Positions 12,246-24,269 of a stretch of DNA of 64,000 bases are shown here, one piece after another. The notes below the pieces were generated by a model, which made no database searches, was not told the DNA's origin, and was given only the letters and a program-made list of their open reading frames with translations. This DNA comes from Hemiscyllium ocellatum (lineage: Eukaryota), in assembly GCF_020745735.1 (NCBI RefSeq), contig NW_026867481.1, positions 661,291-725,290 of the forward strand. The letters are read 5' to 3'. Both the position numbers and the translations under genes were made by a program. Numbering within the stretch: the first letter of the stretch is position 1; every line of letters begins with the position of its first letter.

Positions 12246-12543
12246 GGAATCATTTTCCTTTCTTCATCCACGTTAGTGGAAAACCGATCTCAGAAGTCTG
12301 AACACTCATCAACATGTTCTTTTACGAATCTCCTCAGTAAATATTTCGTACCTTATCTGGCATATTGAACGTGCCTGAAGATAGTGGGTACACTATATTT
12401 TGCCGTGCAAGTGGAATTTAATGTTACAGTATTTCCTTAGTGAATGAATATGTTGCAGACTTCAATCTTTCCCATTCGTTCCTGTATGAAATAGGTAGAA
12501 TGCATCAACAGTATACGAATAAATATGATCAGTGAAACGCAAA

Positions 12544-12790
12544 ATGGAGTTTTTTGTTCTGACTCACTGGATTGCACAACAATTACTGTTGGTAACGAAG
12601 CCAGCGTGTATATCGTATTGGTTTGGTTGTATACATCACACTTCTATTTTTACGCTTCAGGCATTTCACCAGTGACTCAACCCAGATTAGAGACAGTTTT
12701 CGCTTCCTCAGAGATTAAGAGGAGTTTCTTCGCTTGGCAACTGACTGGTATCAACGATTTTACGTCATCTGCGGACCAATCACTATTACT
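12544..12790 (+). pseudogene. Possible 5' half of a decayed V segment in inverted (+) orientation
   Basis: Leader-like MEFFVLTHWIAQQLLL plus GT, polypyrimidine acceptor ending at 12660, then ISPVTQP..ETV and a frameshifted DWYQR. Truncated by the adjacent Penelope relic; no Cys104 or RSS seen. Confidence 0.3.
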
Positions 12791-12799
12791 TGAGGAGTC

Positions 12800-13500
12800 T
12801 ATCCTCTATATGGTTTTCTTCTGGTTCCTCTTATTTTGTGCTGTCTCCCATTTCGAGTGAAGTGGAGAAAGGTGAAGACAGGTAAATGGTAAATGGGAGA
12901 AATGAATTTGGTTGTTGTCAGGCAGCAGTGGAAGTGTTAGGGAGCTGCTGGGAAGGGAGACGGGTGGACGAGAGGCAAGGTATTTACAATTGGATAAGTC
13001 AATTTGAGTCTTCTGGACTCTAAACTGCATGGCGGAAGATGACGTGTTGTTCCTCTAATTTGTTCTGTCGTTTGTTTTGGTTGTGGAGGAGGTCAAGGAA
13101 GGTCATGTCATGTCAGACAGAGACTGGTTGGGGGACTTGTAATGGGTGGTGACTGGAAGGTTCAGCCAGTGCCTGAGGACCTAGCTGCAATGCTCGTTGA
13201 ACTATTACCTATAACTTTATGATTGGTTTCCCCATTATAGATAAGACCACACTGGTACCACCTGATGCAGTTAACTAGATTGGAAGAGAGACATGTGAAC
13301 CCCTGTGTCATCTGGATGGACTGTTTTGGATACTGTTAGGTTTCACATCTTTTACATTTAAATGGTAAGGGACATGGGTGTTTGGGGTTTGGTGGGGAGA
13401 GTTGCACAAGCTAAGATTGTCCCAGACTTTACGTTCACCCTGTTCTAAGCAAGAGAGGATGAAAGAAACCCCACGAACCACGACTGTCTCGCATGGGCCA
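12800..13500 (-). mobile_element. Penelope-like element, GIY-YIG endonuclease 3' remnant
   Basis: Minus strand FTCLSSNLVNCIRWYQCGLIYNGETNHKVIG...EEQHVIFR matches the vertebrate Penelope pattern (CTSSNLVYCIRCSRCGLLYIGET...LEEQHLIFRL). Confidence 0.8.
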
Positions 13501-13559
13501 TTGAGATCATGAGAGCCACCAAAACAGCTAGTACTCTTCTTTGACCTCTTTATATATTT

Positions 13560-13805
13560 CCTTAACACCATTTGTCTCTGAATAACCTCTAACGTTATCT
13601 GTCTCCCTATTTCCCTCTCTCTTGATTCTTCTTTCTCTCTTACACTATTTCCATCTCTCTCTCTCTCTGACAGCCCTTCCTTTTGTTTCCTTCCCTTACT
13701 GTTTTTCTTTCTTTGTGTGATTCACTGGCAGCCCATTCTTTGGAACCTGTCTCTTTCTACCTCACGGCCCCGTCTGTTTCTCTCTATTTTCGTCCCTGTC
13801 TCTCT

Positions 13806-13889
<84 letters not shown>

Positions 13890-14340
13890 TTGTCACTGTC
13901 TCTTTGACCCTGTCTGTTTTTTTCCTTCTCTTGTCTGTCCCTTTTCTTGCTCGTTTTAATTTATCTTCCTCCCGGTCTTTTTCTTGTACTTTATTTCTTT
14001 TTGGTCTCCTTGTCCTTTTTGTCTTCTGCCTTTCTTCTCCTGCCACTTTTCTCTCTGCCTTTTGTCTTCAGTATTTTCCCCTTTGCCCTGTTACCGCCTG
14101 CTCTTCAGTTGGCGATCTGTTTCCCATTATGCCTGTTTTACCTTTTTGCCTTATTCCATCTGTTCACCTTTTCCCTCTAGTTTTTAATCTCTCCACCATT
14201 TCACCCCGCTGTTTTGTTTTATTTTACCCTCAGCCCTTTTTTATTCTCTTCCCTTTTCGTGCCATTTCACTTTTCCCACTCTGCATTAATCTGCAGACCA
14301 CCCAATTGTACTCACCCCACCAATTTGTGCCCCCAAAATT
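13560..14340. repeat. Long pyrimidine-rich low-complexity tract containing a (TG)n microsatellite at 13808-13887
   Basis: Plus strand is strongly T/C-rich; about 40 TG units are embedded. Confidence 0.95.
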
Positions 14341-15059
14341 CTGCAGCCTCCTGTAATATCGATGAAACATTTTGGGTATCATGAAAGGCACGAAATAAAT
14401 AATTTGTTTTTATTCACTAAATTGAGAATATTACTCTCTTTCAAAAAAGCAATTATAATTTTAAAGCTGTGCATTCAAATGAAAGGTATCAGATATCAGC
14501 GCGAATTCGAGGAACCATTGCAGATCTAGCCTTCAACTTTCCGTTTAACTGACGTACTTTTGCATTCAGTGTCGCTCTGGACGTTTTTGTTCATTTCTGA
14601 ACAATTCATTTATGAGAAAATATCAAAGGTGAAGTTTTCAGGAATATTGATTATGACGATTATGTTACATAACTATTACAGAAAAATGAATGACGTTGAA
14701 GAAAATACCAACATATTTCCTTAATTTTAATCCAGTTGAGAGTTAACTTGATCATTAACCTCTGTGCATCACATTCAGTAGTTTGCACTTTCTTGCATTT
14801 ATCCTTCAATACTTTTTTTCACTATTATGTCCTCCTGCAAGTATTATTACTATACTTACTTCTTCGATATTGCAGGCTTGCAAATATATTATTACTTCAT
14901 CTCCAGCAGCACATCTAAATGTCTTCACTTATGACCATTTTTAACTTTTGTTGATCCATATTTTCTATTGTTTCTTGCCCTCATGCCTCACACACTCGGA
15001 TTTTAGGAGTCCTGAATTAGTAGCAGTGATACTTCAAAATCAGCATAGTGCAGCTCCCA

Positions 15060-15438
15060 TTCTACGCAGCATTTTTGACGATTCACTATCTGTTTGTGAA
15101 GTATGTCCACTTGGTGGAGAGGGAGGTAGCAGTATCACAACTCTTGCAATTCTCACAGTCCTGGTGCGGATTTTGTAGTCTCCTGTGATTGAAGTGGTGG
15201 TAATGTTGCCTTGATCGTCATTTCCTGTGACCGTCATCAGATGCTGAATTGTTTGATTCGGGAGCTGTCTTTGCCAATATATTTTCGTAAATGTGATAGG
15301 AATGGAACAGGTCATGGACACAATTCTAATTTTACTTCCCACAATCCGCAAAGGAAGTTGTTTTACTCCATCTTCTCCAGTCAACTCTGCGGAGAACAGA
15401 GTGGTAAAAAGCAAGAGGATTCCACATATTTGAAACAT
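15060..15438 (-). pseudogene. TCR gamma-like V pseudogene with leader contiguous to the V exon
   Basis: From ATG 15438: MFQICGILLLFTTLFSAELTGEDGVKQLPLRIVGSKIRIVSMTCSIPITFTKIYWQRQLPNQTIQHLMTVTG.... Cys23 and Trp41 are present. A frameshift in FR3 gives DTATSLSTKW in place of DxATYYCAxW (Cys104 lost). RSS is degenerate at best. Confidence 0.72.
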
Positions 15439-16329
15439 AATCCAATACAAATAAAGGTCGATGAAAGCAGTTGTTCATTGAACTTCTGTCAAAAGCTGTG
15501 AAACTCTAAATAATAATTTTATTTATAAGAGGAATTTAGTTGAATAACTCGATCTTCACGTATTATTCGGAGTTGCCTTCTTGTTGAACTTACTGTAGAA
15601 GTTATTCTTGCTGCTTGTTTCTGTAACAGCTTTTTACACTGACAACTGTTCTCACTGTCTGTCAGATCATTGTACCACCACCTTTCAATTTCTTTCTTTA
15701 TCATAGGTTCACAGTACACTGTAATAGCATGTGCAAGTAATTACCAGGTGCAAATTCTCACCACTGACTCCAGTTCACGAGATATTGCTTAATGAAAACA
15801 GGCATAGTGTCCTTCCTAATGTAACAATGTGATGTGGTTGTACTCTGCATTTCAACGGCACTTCCAGTATAGAATTATTTCAGGATATCTTTCTCCCGGT
15901 TGAAACTGTAGTTTTATTCCATCGTGTGACTGCACTCCGTTTAATAAGAGAAGGGCACCGTACTATTCTGAAATATCGATTTACACGTTAAAATGGTATG
16001 CTTCATCTGACTGATTCGATGTGAATATTTATTTCTATTATGTACAACATGAAGAACAAAACTGACTGCACATTGCAGTAAATTCTTCCACAGGGGTCTG
16101 TGTAAGATCACTCACATTCTCTCTGCATATTTCTCTCTTTATCTCTCTCTCTCTCTCTCTGTCTCCCTCTCACACATACACAATTATACAAACACAGAGA
16201 TACAAACCTTGTGAAATATTCTTCAAATAGCATTAATGCATTATTTTTACTGTTGATTATAACAAAGTTGAACCCTGACATTTTTGGAGTACAGATGGGT
16301 GTACAAATAGTTTGGAAACTGAAAGGAAG

Positions 16330-16940
16330 TCGAGTAAAGCATATATAGGAGCAAACGTAAACCATGCGGCCCTTCCAGTCTGTTTCACCATTTGATATAG
16401 CTGATATTACGCTCAAACCCAAACTCCTGCCTGCTCCCTGTAACCCTTGATATCCCTAGCAATAAATAACCTATCTATCTCTATCTTAAATAAACCCAAA
16501 GACTTGGACTCCGCATCATCTTGTAGGATTTGATTAAACAGATTCACCACCCTTTTCCTGAACAAATTCCTCTTGAGTACAGTTCTTAAGGGTCATCTTT
16601 CTCTCTCAGACTTTGCCCTCGCATCCCAGTCTCTCCATTCAGGACTCTCAGTATTCTGTAAATTTCCATAAGAGCCCTCTTATTGTTCTTAAATCCATTG
16701 AGTGGAGATTCAGGGTCCTAACCTGTTCCTCATATGACAAGCTCTTCATCACCTGAATCATTCTTGTAATCCTCCTCTGTATCCCATCCAAAGACAACAC
16801 ATCCTTTCATAGAGGCGGGGCACTAAAATATTAGCAATATTCAGAATTCGGTCTGACCACAGCCTTATATAATGGAAGGAATGCCGTATTCCTTTTGCAT
16901 TGCAATTTCTAGAAATAAATGCTAACGTTACATTTGTTTT
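16330..16940 (-). mobile_element. CR1 LINE 3' fragment, decayed
   Basis: Minus-strand remnants of the RT C-terminus (AIRKTNVTLAFISR...YIRLWSDRIL) and the CR1 3' UTR. Confidence 0.75.
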
Positions 16941-18474
16941 CCTAATTGCCAACGTTTATAGTTGCTAAGCCAAACATATATGCTTCTGTGTGCATGTACC
17001 ATGTGTGTTTTGTATCTGTGTATTTCTATGTGTGCATCTTTTTATTTCTGTCTGTGTGTGTCTATGTGTATTAGATATGCTGTTGAGGTATGTCTTTCTG
17101 TGTGTTTCTGTCTGTGTGTGCATGCTTGTGTATGGTTGTGTTTATATGTGTGTCTATCACTGTGTGGCCATTTCTGCGCACTTTAGGAGTTTGGTGTGGA
17201 GCTCGAATGAATTCATTTGGAATTGTCTGTACCTGTTGCTAACTTCCAATTAAAATGGCATGATGGCACCACCTTGTGGCGAATTGAGGAGCTGCACAAG
17301 CGACAGGTGATTGACGAAGGAACCTGTATTCCAGGACTTCCCTTTGGAATTTTCTTCAGGGCTATATTTTGTGTTTTGGCGGGCAAGCGAACCTAAGCCT
17401 AAGGGCAATAGCTGCAAATGTGGAGACATGATTTAAGAGAAAAATGGGGGGAAACAATTCTCTCAGAATGTTGCATAACTTTGGATCTCCCTTCTTCAAA
17501 AGGCAGTGGTCTCTTTTCGAGTCTAGACACCTGCTGATTCTGACTGACCTCACAGTATCGGAGGGATGGACATGTATAAATCTAACTTCAGTGCCAGAGA
17601 TAAAGATGCTAATTCAGAGATAGACGGAGATTTTGTGAAACTGGGGAAATTACTGGAGTCATCCCTAAAGTGAACTATTTTATCAGAGCCCTCCAGAATC
17701 AGGCTAATAAAATGCACAGACCAGGATTCTACATTTCACACGAATCAGAAATCGTTAAAAATGAATAGATACTTGATTCTTTAACAACAATGCACTACCA
17801 GAACATCCTTGTGCACACATGAAAACTGACACAGACACGAAAAACAATACTCTACTGTTATGTATGGAAGGGAAAATACAGCTGGGTATTCAATGTCCTT
17901 GTCTCCAGTGCTCGCTGTGGTGACAATTTTGGTCTGGTAGGACCTTCTGATCTCTCATATCCAGGTACGTTCGCATTTTGGAAACAGCTCAATCATACTG
18001 ACCACCTCTGTATTTCTCAAAGTTACCTGTGTGGAATGTTGTTGATGCTAGTTGAATGGTGATGTACACTGTTATGATTCCTGTGATGTAATCCCTGATG
18101 GTTTTCACCCTTGGTTTGGGTAGTGATGTAGAACCGCCAGAAGAGAGTGGATTGCACCATTTAAAATACATCAAAATCCATTCAACTGCACGCACCTCTG
18201 CCGCCCCCACCCCCATCTGATAAAATGTTGTCTATTGTACTTGGAACTGTAGACAAAAACACAGACATAAATACACGCAGAGGATTAACATTTAAAGAGG
18301 TGCACACTTTTTTTGTAATGGAGGTCTTGTTGGGAGTTCTTGAATGAAGGAGAAAAACCAGAGATGCATTTAGATAAAAGGTCAAGGAGCCCTGAATCAG
18401 GATCATTTCCACAATATTGTCTACCTGACTCGAATGGGCTTGCTGAAATCAACAAAAATAAACTGACATAGATC

Positions 18475-19400
18475 ATAGAAAATTACAGTGCAGTACAGGC
18501 CTTCCTGTCCTCGATGGTGCGCCAACCTATTGAACCAATCTGAAGCCTTTCCAACCTACATTATTCCATTCTCGTATATATGCCTTTCCAATGACCATTT
18601 AAATGCCCTCAAATTTGATGAGTCTAATATTGTTGCAGGCAGTATGTTCCCGGTCCCGACTACTCTCTGAGTAAAGAAATTATCTCTGAAATCTGATCAA
18701 TATCTACCAACACCCTAACGCCAACCGAGGAAATTGGAACTCACTGACGAATTAGATATTCCTGTGATTATCTTATAAGCCTCGATTAAGTCGCTTCTCA
18801 ACCTTCTTCATTCGAACGAAAACAGTCTCAAGTCCCTCAGCTTCCTCCCAAGTCCTTCCATCCATAACAGGCAATTTCCTCGTCAATCCTGTCTGATCCC
18901 TTTCCAGAGTTTTCACATCCTTCCTATCATGCGGTGACCAGAACTATAAGGAATACTCCAAATGTGGCTGCAATAGAGTTTTGTGCAGCTGCAACATGAT
19001 ATCATGGTTCTGAAACTCAATTCCTGTACCAAAAAACAGCTAACACAACATATTCCTTCTGAACAACCCAATGAACTTGGGTGGAAACTTTCAAGGATCT
19101 AGGTACCTGAACACCAAGTCTTTCTTATCAGCTACACCACAAAGAATCTTATCATTAGCCCATTTCATGTATTCCTGTTACTGCTTCTAAAGTGATACGC
19201 CTCACACTTCTTTGTAACCTACAATATTCTTCGTCACTATCTACAACTCCACCGATATTAGTGTCATCCGCAAATTTACTAACCCATCCTTATATGTCTT
19301 TATCTAAATCATTTATCTAAATGACAACATTGGACCCCAATCGTAACTGGACTCCAGGATGAATATTTCCCATCAATCAACAACCAATGTCCTCTTTCAG
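18475..19400 (-). mobile_element. CR1 LINE 3' fragment, decayed
   Basis: ATAGATCATAGAA tail followed by ACAGTGCAGTACAGGCCTTC and RT C-terminal remnants homologous to the 3601-4130 copy. Confidence 0.8.
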
Positions 19401-19964
19401 CTAGCCAATTTCTGATCCAAAATGCTAAATCACCCCTACTCACATGCCTCGGTATTTTGTGCAGTAGCCGACCTTGAGAAACCTCATGAAACCTAATATT
19501 GTCAGGCTGTCAAACCTGGATTAAACTAAAATCAGAATCCATCTCCTGCAATCAGTTCTGAAAATACTTATGTGCCACTGAATTTGTGGACTTCGTGAAA
19601 TCATTAATTGAAAAGCGTGCTGCACATTGTGTGCAACTTACGAATCGCAAAGCACACCAATGAAACTATGTTTGATGGATGTTGACCTTAGGTTGGTCAC
19701 CAACTGGTTGGTGTTCCTATCAATAGGAATTATGGACTTGGAATGAGAGTCAAACACTTCAGGAGAGATATCAGGTATCTTTTAGATGCACAACAGGTAA
19801 TTAAGCTTTGAAACATACTTCGCAAATGTTTGTTGATCCCAGGTCAGTTGTTAGTGCTAAATTTGAGTTAGATAAATTGTTTTTCAGTGAATATTTTAAA
19901 GGATACGATACAAAGGCTGGTAACTTGAATCGGTCCACACACCAGACATGATATCCATAAGACC

Positions 19965-20890
19965 ATAAGACATAGGAACATAAATGAGACTATTCAGCCA
20001 ACTGAATCTGTTCTGAAATTCAATTATGGTACTTAAGTTTCTCAAACCCTTTCTCCCACTGACTACCTGTAACCCTTAATTCCTTTGATATTCAAGAGGT
20101 CATGTATCTCCATCTTAAATATACTCAATGACCGGCATCCACAGCCTTCTGCGAGAAAACAAATTCTCGGCTCTCTGAGATGTTCTTCTCTCTCCGTTCA
20201 AAAAGGTCTTCCCTTTACTGTAAGTCCATGCCCTCGGGTCTCTGTCATCAATGGAAGCATATTCCCAATATCCGCTGTGTCCAGGGCATTCAGTATTGTC
20301 TATGTTTACGTTAGATCCGAATTCATTCTTCTAACCTGCATCCAATACGAAAGCAGAATCCTCAAATTTCCTCATATGTTAAGGCGTGCATTCCTGGCAC
20401 CATTCTCGTAAATCTTCCCTGAGCATACGCCAGTTTCAATATATGGTTTCTGAGATAGAGGGCTGAAAAATCCGCGCACTACCCATTGGAGAAAAGAAGG
20501 TTTAGGGGAGATTTGATAGAGGTGTACAAGATGATTAGATAGGGTTGACAGTGAGAACCTTTCTCCGCTAATGGAGTCAGCTGTTACTAGGGGACACAGC
20601 TTTAAATTAAGGGGTTGTAGGTATAGGACAGATGTTAGGGGTAGATTGTTTACTCAGCGGGTTGTGAGTTCATGGAATGCCCTGCCAGTAGCAGTGGTGG
20701 ACTCTCCCTCTTTATGGTCATTTAAGCGGGCATTGGATAAGCATATGGAGGTTATTGGGCTAGTGTAGGTTAGGTAGGCCTCTGTCGGCGAAACATCGAG
20801 GGCCGAAGTGCCTGTACTGCGCTGTATTTTTCTATGTTCTATGTTATATGTTCTATGTACCCCAAATGTAGTCTGACCAGAGCCTTGTAA
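19965..20890 (-). mobile_element. Old CR1 fragment interrupted by a younger CR1
   Basis: CATAAGACCATAAGACATAGG tail at 19960-19980. CR1-like sequence resumes after the insert (CCCAAATGTAGTCTGACCAGAGCCTTGTA). Confidence 0.7.
20486..20857 (+). mobile_element. Young 5'-truncated CR1 nested in an older CR1
   Basis: MESAVTRGHSFKLRG...RLFTQRVVSSWNALP, with a (TTCTATG)n tail; close match to the 3601-4130 subfamily. Confidence 0.9.
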
Positions 20891-21019
20891 GGCATGATGG
20901 AATATACTCAGGATGATGAATGGCTGACTCCTGTGGCTATGTTCCTGTGATAGAGAATTATACACACTGAGAGACTCGGGATAGGAGAGAAACTGAAAGA
21001 TTTTATTGTATTTCATGGT

Positions 21020-23788
21020 TTAATGATAGATCAGGGCAGCGAAAGGGCATACAAACATTTTCTTTACTTCCTCACGAAACTTGTTCTGGCATAGTACATA
21101 GGTGAACCCGTTAATGAAGAAACTTTAATAAATTAAGCACAATGCTCACCTCTTGGAAAATGTATTGTGGATCATTGAAATTTAGATTGTTGTTCAAGCC
21201 CTTACCTATAACCCGCACGTGGACGACGTTTTCCACATACGTCACCCACAGGAGAAGGAAAGTCAGAGAGATAGCAAAAAGCAGGATAATGGATCTCCTA
21301 CAGTTGGCCATTTCCTTGTCTCCACTGTCCTTGGTGCCTTGGAATGTCCTGCGGGCTTTGGTGACTGCGAAGATGTGTCGTTCAGTCAAAACATTGAGTA
21401 AAGTAAATGAGGAAGAATGGGAGAAAGGGCGTTAAGATGCGTTCTAGTCAGTGATAGGCCTGCTAAGCAGGCAGGGTGTAATAGATGGACTTAATGTCAC
21501 AGAACCAGGGGACTCCATCCACATCGAATAATGGTTGGCAGAAGAAATAATGCAGGAAATGTTTGATACAGCTCATGGCACATCCTGTTCCTATGACCAC
21601 CGATGCAGTTTTCTCCGTGCAGCATCTAGCCTTCAAGCTCTGCCAGTAGATAGCCTCTAAACGGTCGAATGTGAAGGCTGCTGTCAGGCAGACTGAGCCA
21701 TCCTAGCTTACATAGATCAACACTGCACTGTGCGCACCGGCAGGGGTGGTAGACAGGACACTGTACCGGAAATAAATGCTGAAAATGCGTTAGAAGATGA
21801 TGGCCGTGAGGATGACAAGGAAATCAGACACCGCGATTGTCACCAGGTAGAAGCAAATGCATCAGGAGAGATTGCACTGACCTCGGGATAGGATTGTGAT
21901 CATGACTAAGCTGGCCGTGACAGACAGAAGGACAAGGAGCTGTAACTGACTGCAGCCAAAACGGAGTCCCTTCCAGTTGTTTGTGCAATCCTGATCCATC
22001 AATTTGCCATCTCTATACTCCGATTACTCTCAATCAGTGAGAACTGTAGGAGATCAAATGCTGCAGTAAATATTTGTTGAGAACAGACTTACTCCAATCA
22101 GCACTGTTAACCTCTTCAGATCCGTGTTCTGTGTACCGTGTCAGGTCCCGTGGCGAACTATCCAACTCAACTCACCTGAAAAATTTCCTCCCCATCCCCT
22201 ATTCATATCAAGCCGAATAAATTGATGTTCACTGACCTACCTTGGATTTCTATCCGAAAAACTCTCAGCCGTTTCGAGTTTATTCTTCGAATTTTCAAGT
22301 ATTCCTATAATCTCACCATTCTCATCCTGTAGCATTCTACTAATTTCGGAGAGAGCATCTGAACTCAATTCCGAACTGGATGCACATAAGTAATCTCAAT
22401 GAATTAAACAGTACGAGTTTAAACTTCAGCTGGTGATGGAGTGAATGTTCAAACATTGCCCCTTCACTGTGCATATCTTCCATTCCATCTTTAAAGTGTT
22501 CCTTCTAAATGAACTCTTTGATTGTATTTTTCTGATTTCTGCCTTAATACCTCCTTGTGTTATTTAGTTTTCAATTTTTTGTTAAATCTCCTGTGAAGTT
22601 TCGTCACTAAGTTTAGGAGAGTAGTTGAAGAAAGAAGCTCAACTCCAATTTGTGAGACGAATATCAGAGACAGGAACTTTAATACAAACAGAAACTGCTC
22701 GAGCACCTTAGGGGATCCGTCTTTTTCTGTGAAGACAGAAACAGAAGTAGCATTCAGGGACTAATGTGCCACTGCTTCAGGACTCTCTAGGTAAGCAGGG
22801 TAGTTTCACTGTGACAATGATATTCCTGTTCTACTAAAGACTAAAACGCATGTAGCTTTCCTAAAATAAATACCAAATGTATAATACTAATCAGCAAATC
22901 AAAAGAAAGTACACAATAAATACAAATTGTTTCATCTTCACTCGCCTCTTTCACATGTTTTCCTAATTAATTCCTATGAGCACGTCAAGAGAGGGAATGC
23001 CCAACCAGCGTTCACTATGCTATAACATGCTGAGAATTGCATTATTCCAGAGGTGTGAACATCATTTTCCAATCAAAGATATTGCATGTTACAATTCATG
23101 AAATAAATGTAGTCATTCATTTTCACATGCAGCTGTCAAAGGTGGTGACAAACTTTATCACACTATAATCCACTACGAATTGGAACAATGCTAACTAGGG
23201 TAGATTTTATTTTATAGCATTTTATTAAATGCTAGTGCTCAATACTTTATCACACTATAATACACTACGAACTGGAACAATACTAACTAAGGTAGATTTT
23301 TTTTATAGCATTTTGTTAAATGCTGGTGCTCAATACTTTATCACACTACAATACACTACGAATTGGAACTATACTAACTAGGGTAGATTTTATTTTATAG
23401 CATTTTATTAAATGCTAGTGCTCAATTATGCCCATTTTTCTTGTTCAGGCAATGCCATGCATTTCACAAGTCAAATGAAAGGTGTTTCTCTAAATGTTGA
23501 GTATTGCAAATTTGAATAATATATTGTTTTGCCGCATAACACAAATACAATTGCCACTGTATGCTTTGCAAGATTTATTATCACGTTATGTGAAATATAG
23601 TTTGTGTCAGGTGAAATTTAAGCAGCACCAAATAGCAGAAATGGAAACGAGCCAGATTCTGAAAAGGATGAGACACAATTACTGGAGAATCTCAAAACTT
23701 GATGATATCATCACTCACCAGGGATACCAATAACAGTGAGAATGGGATACAAAATGGCAAATACTGGACCAATCGCTGCACTGGGCAT
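21020..23788 (-). pseudogene. GPR139/GPR142-like class A GPCR pseudogene (two exons)
   Basis: Exon 1 at 23788-23719 (MPSAAIGPVFAILYPILTVIGIP+G, donor GTGAGT). Exon 2 at 21914-21020 is homologous to the intact gene at 38 kb (DGVPWFCDIK, DKEMANCRRSIILLFAIS, QNKFREEVKK), but its acceptor is mutated AG->GG, with at least five in-frame stops and frameshifts. AATAAA lies about 15 nt after the stop. Confidence 0.92.
23152..23425. repeat. Tandem repeat, 3 units of 91-92 bp, in the GPCR pseudogene intron
   Basis: Units start at about 23152, 23244 and 23335 (ACTTTATCACACTA...GTGCTCAAT). Each contains TAGCATTT-N4-AAATGCT(A/G). Confidence 0.95.
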
Positions 23789-24269
23789 TGTCTGTTGGAA
23801 ATAATAGAATACCTGAGGCTCTGTGCCTTTGCTCTGTCACACTTCCAAAGCTTTCCTCGTTTGCTTCTGCTGAGAGTCTCCAGAGGAACGACTAAATTAG
23901 AACGTGAACCTTACTCACACTTCACTGAAGAAACAGATGATGTAACAGTTACCTGATTTCTACTTGTAATATTGACGAATTAGACGATTCAAGTATTCGT
24001 GTGATTGAACAGCTGATTCTGTACTATATGATGCCCATTTTATCCACGAACGAATCCTTTTTTTTCAACATCGATTAGAGTGGCTGATAGCAAGCACTGA
24101 ACTAAATTACAAGTCCTCCATTATCAAGTCACAGACAGGATCCAAATTATTTCCTGCTTTCATGTGTTCAGAGCAGTTCATTTATCTTTGCTTAATCCCT
24201 ATGTTCTTATTGCTTTCATTTCATGTACGTTTAGGGAGAGCCTTTCATCGTACTGAATTAGCAATCCAT

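Noticed and set aside
13683-14356. ORFs of 74-182 aa rich in CV/HT/FL
   Set aside because: Translations of the (TG)n microsatellite and pyrimidine tract.
17980-18260. Possible V relic (acceptor, GACS, TLFW, TSINNI)
   Set aside because: No YYC or RSS; similarity could be chance.
23152-23425. CRISPR-like look (regularly spaced palindromic repeat)
   Set aside because: The whole 91-bp unit is repeated, so there are no unique spacers. The context is vertebrate and no cas genes are present.
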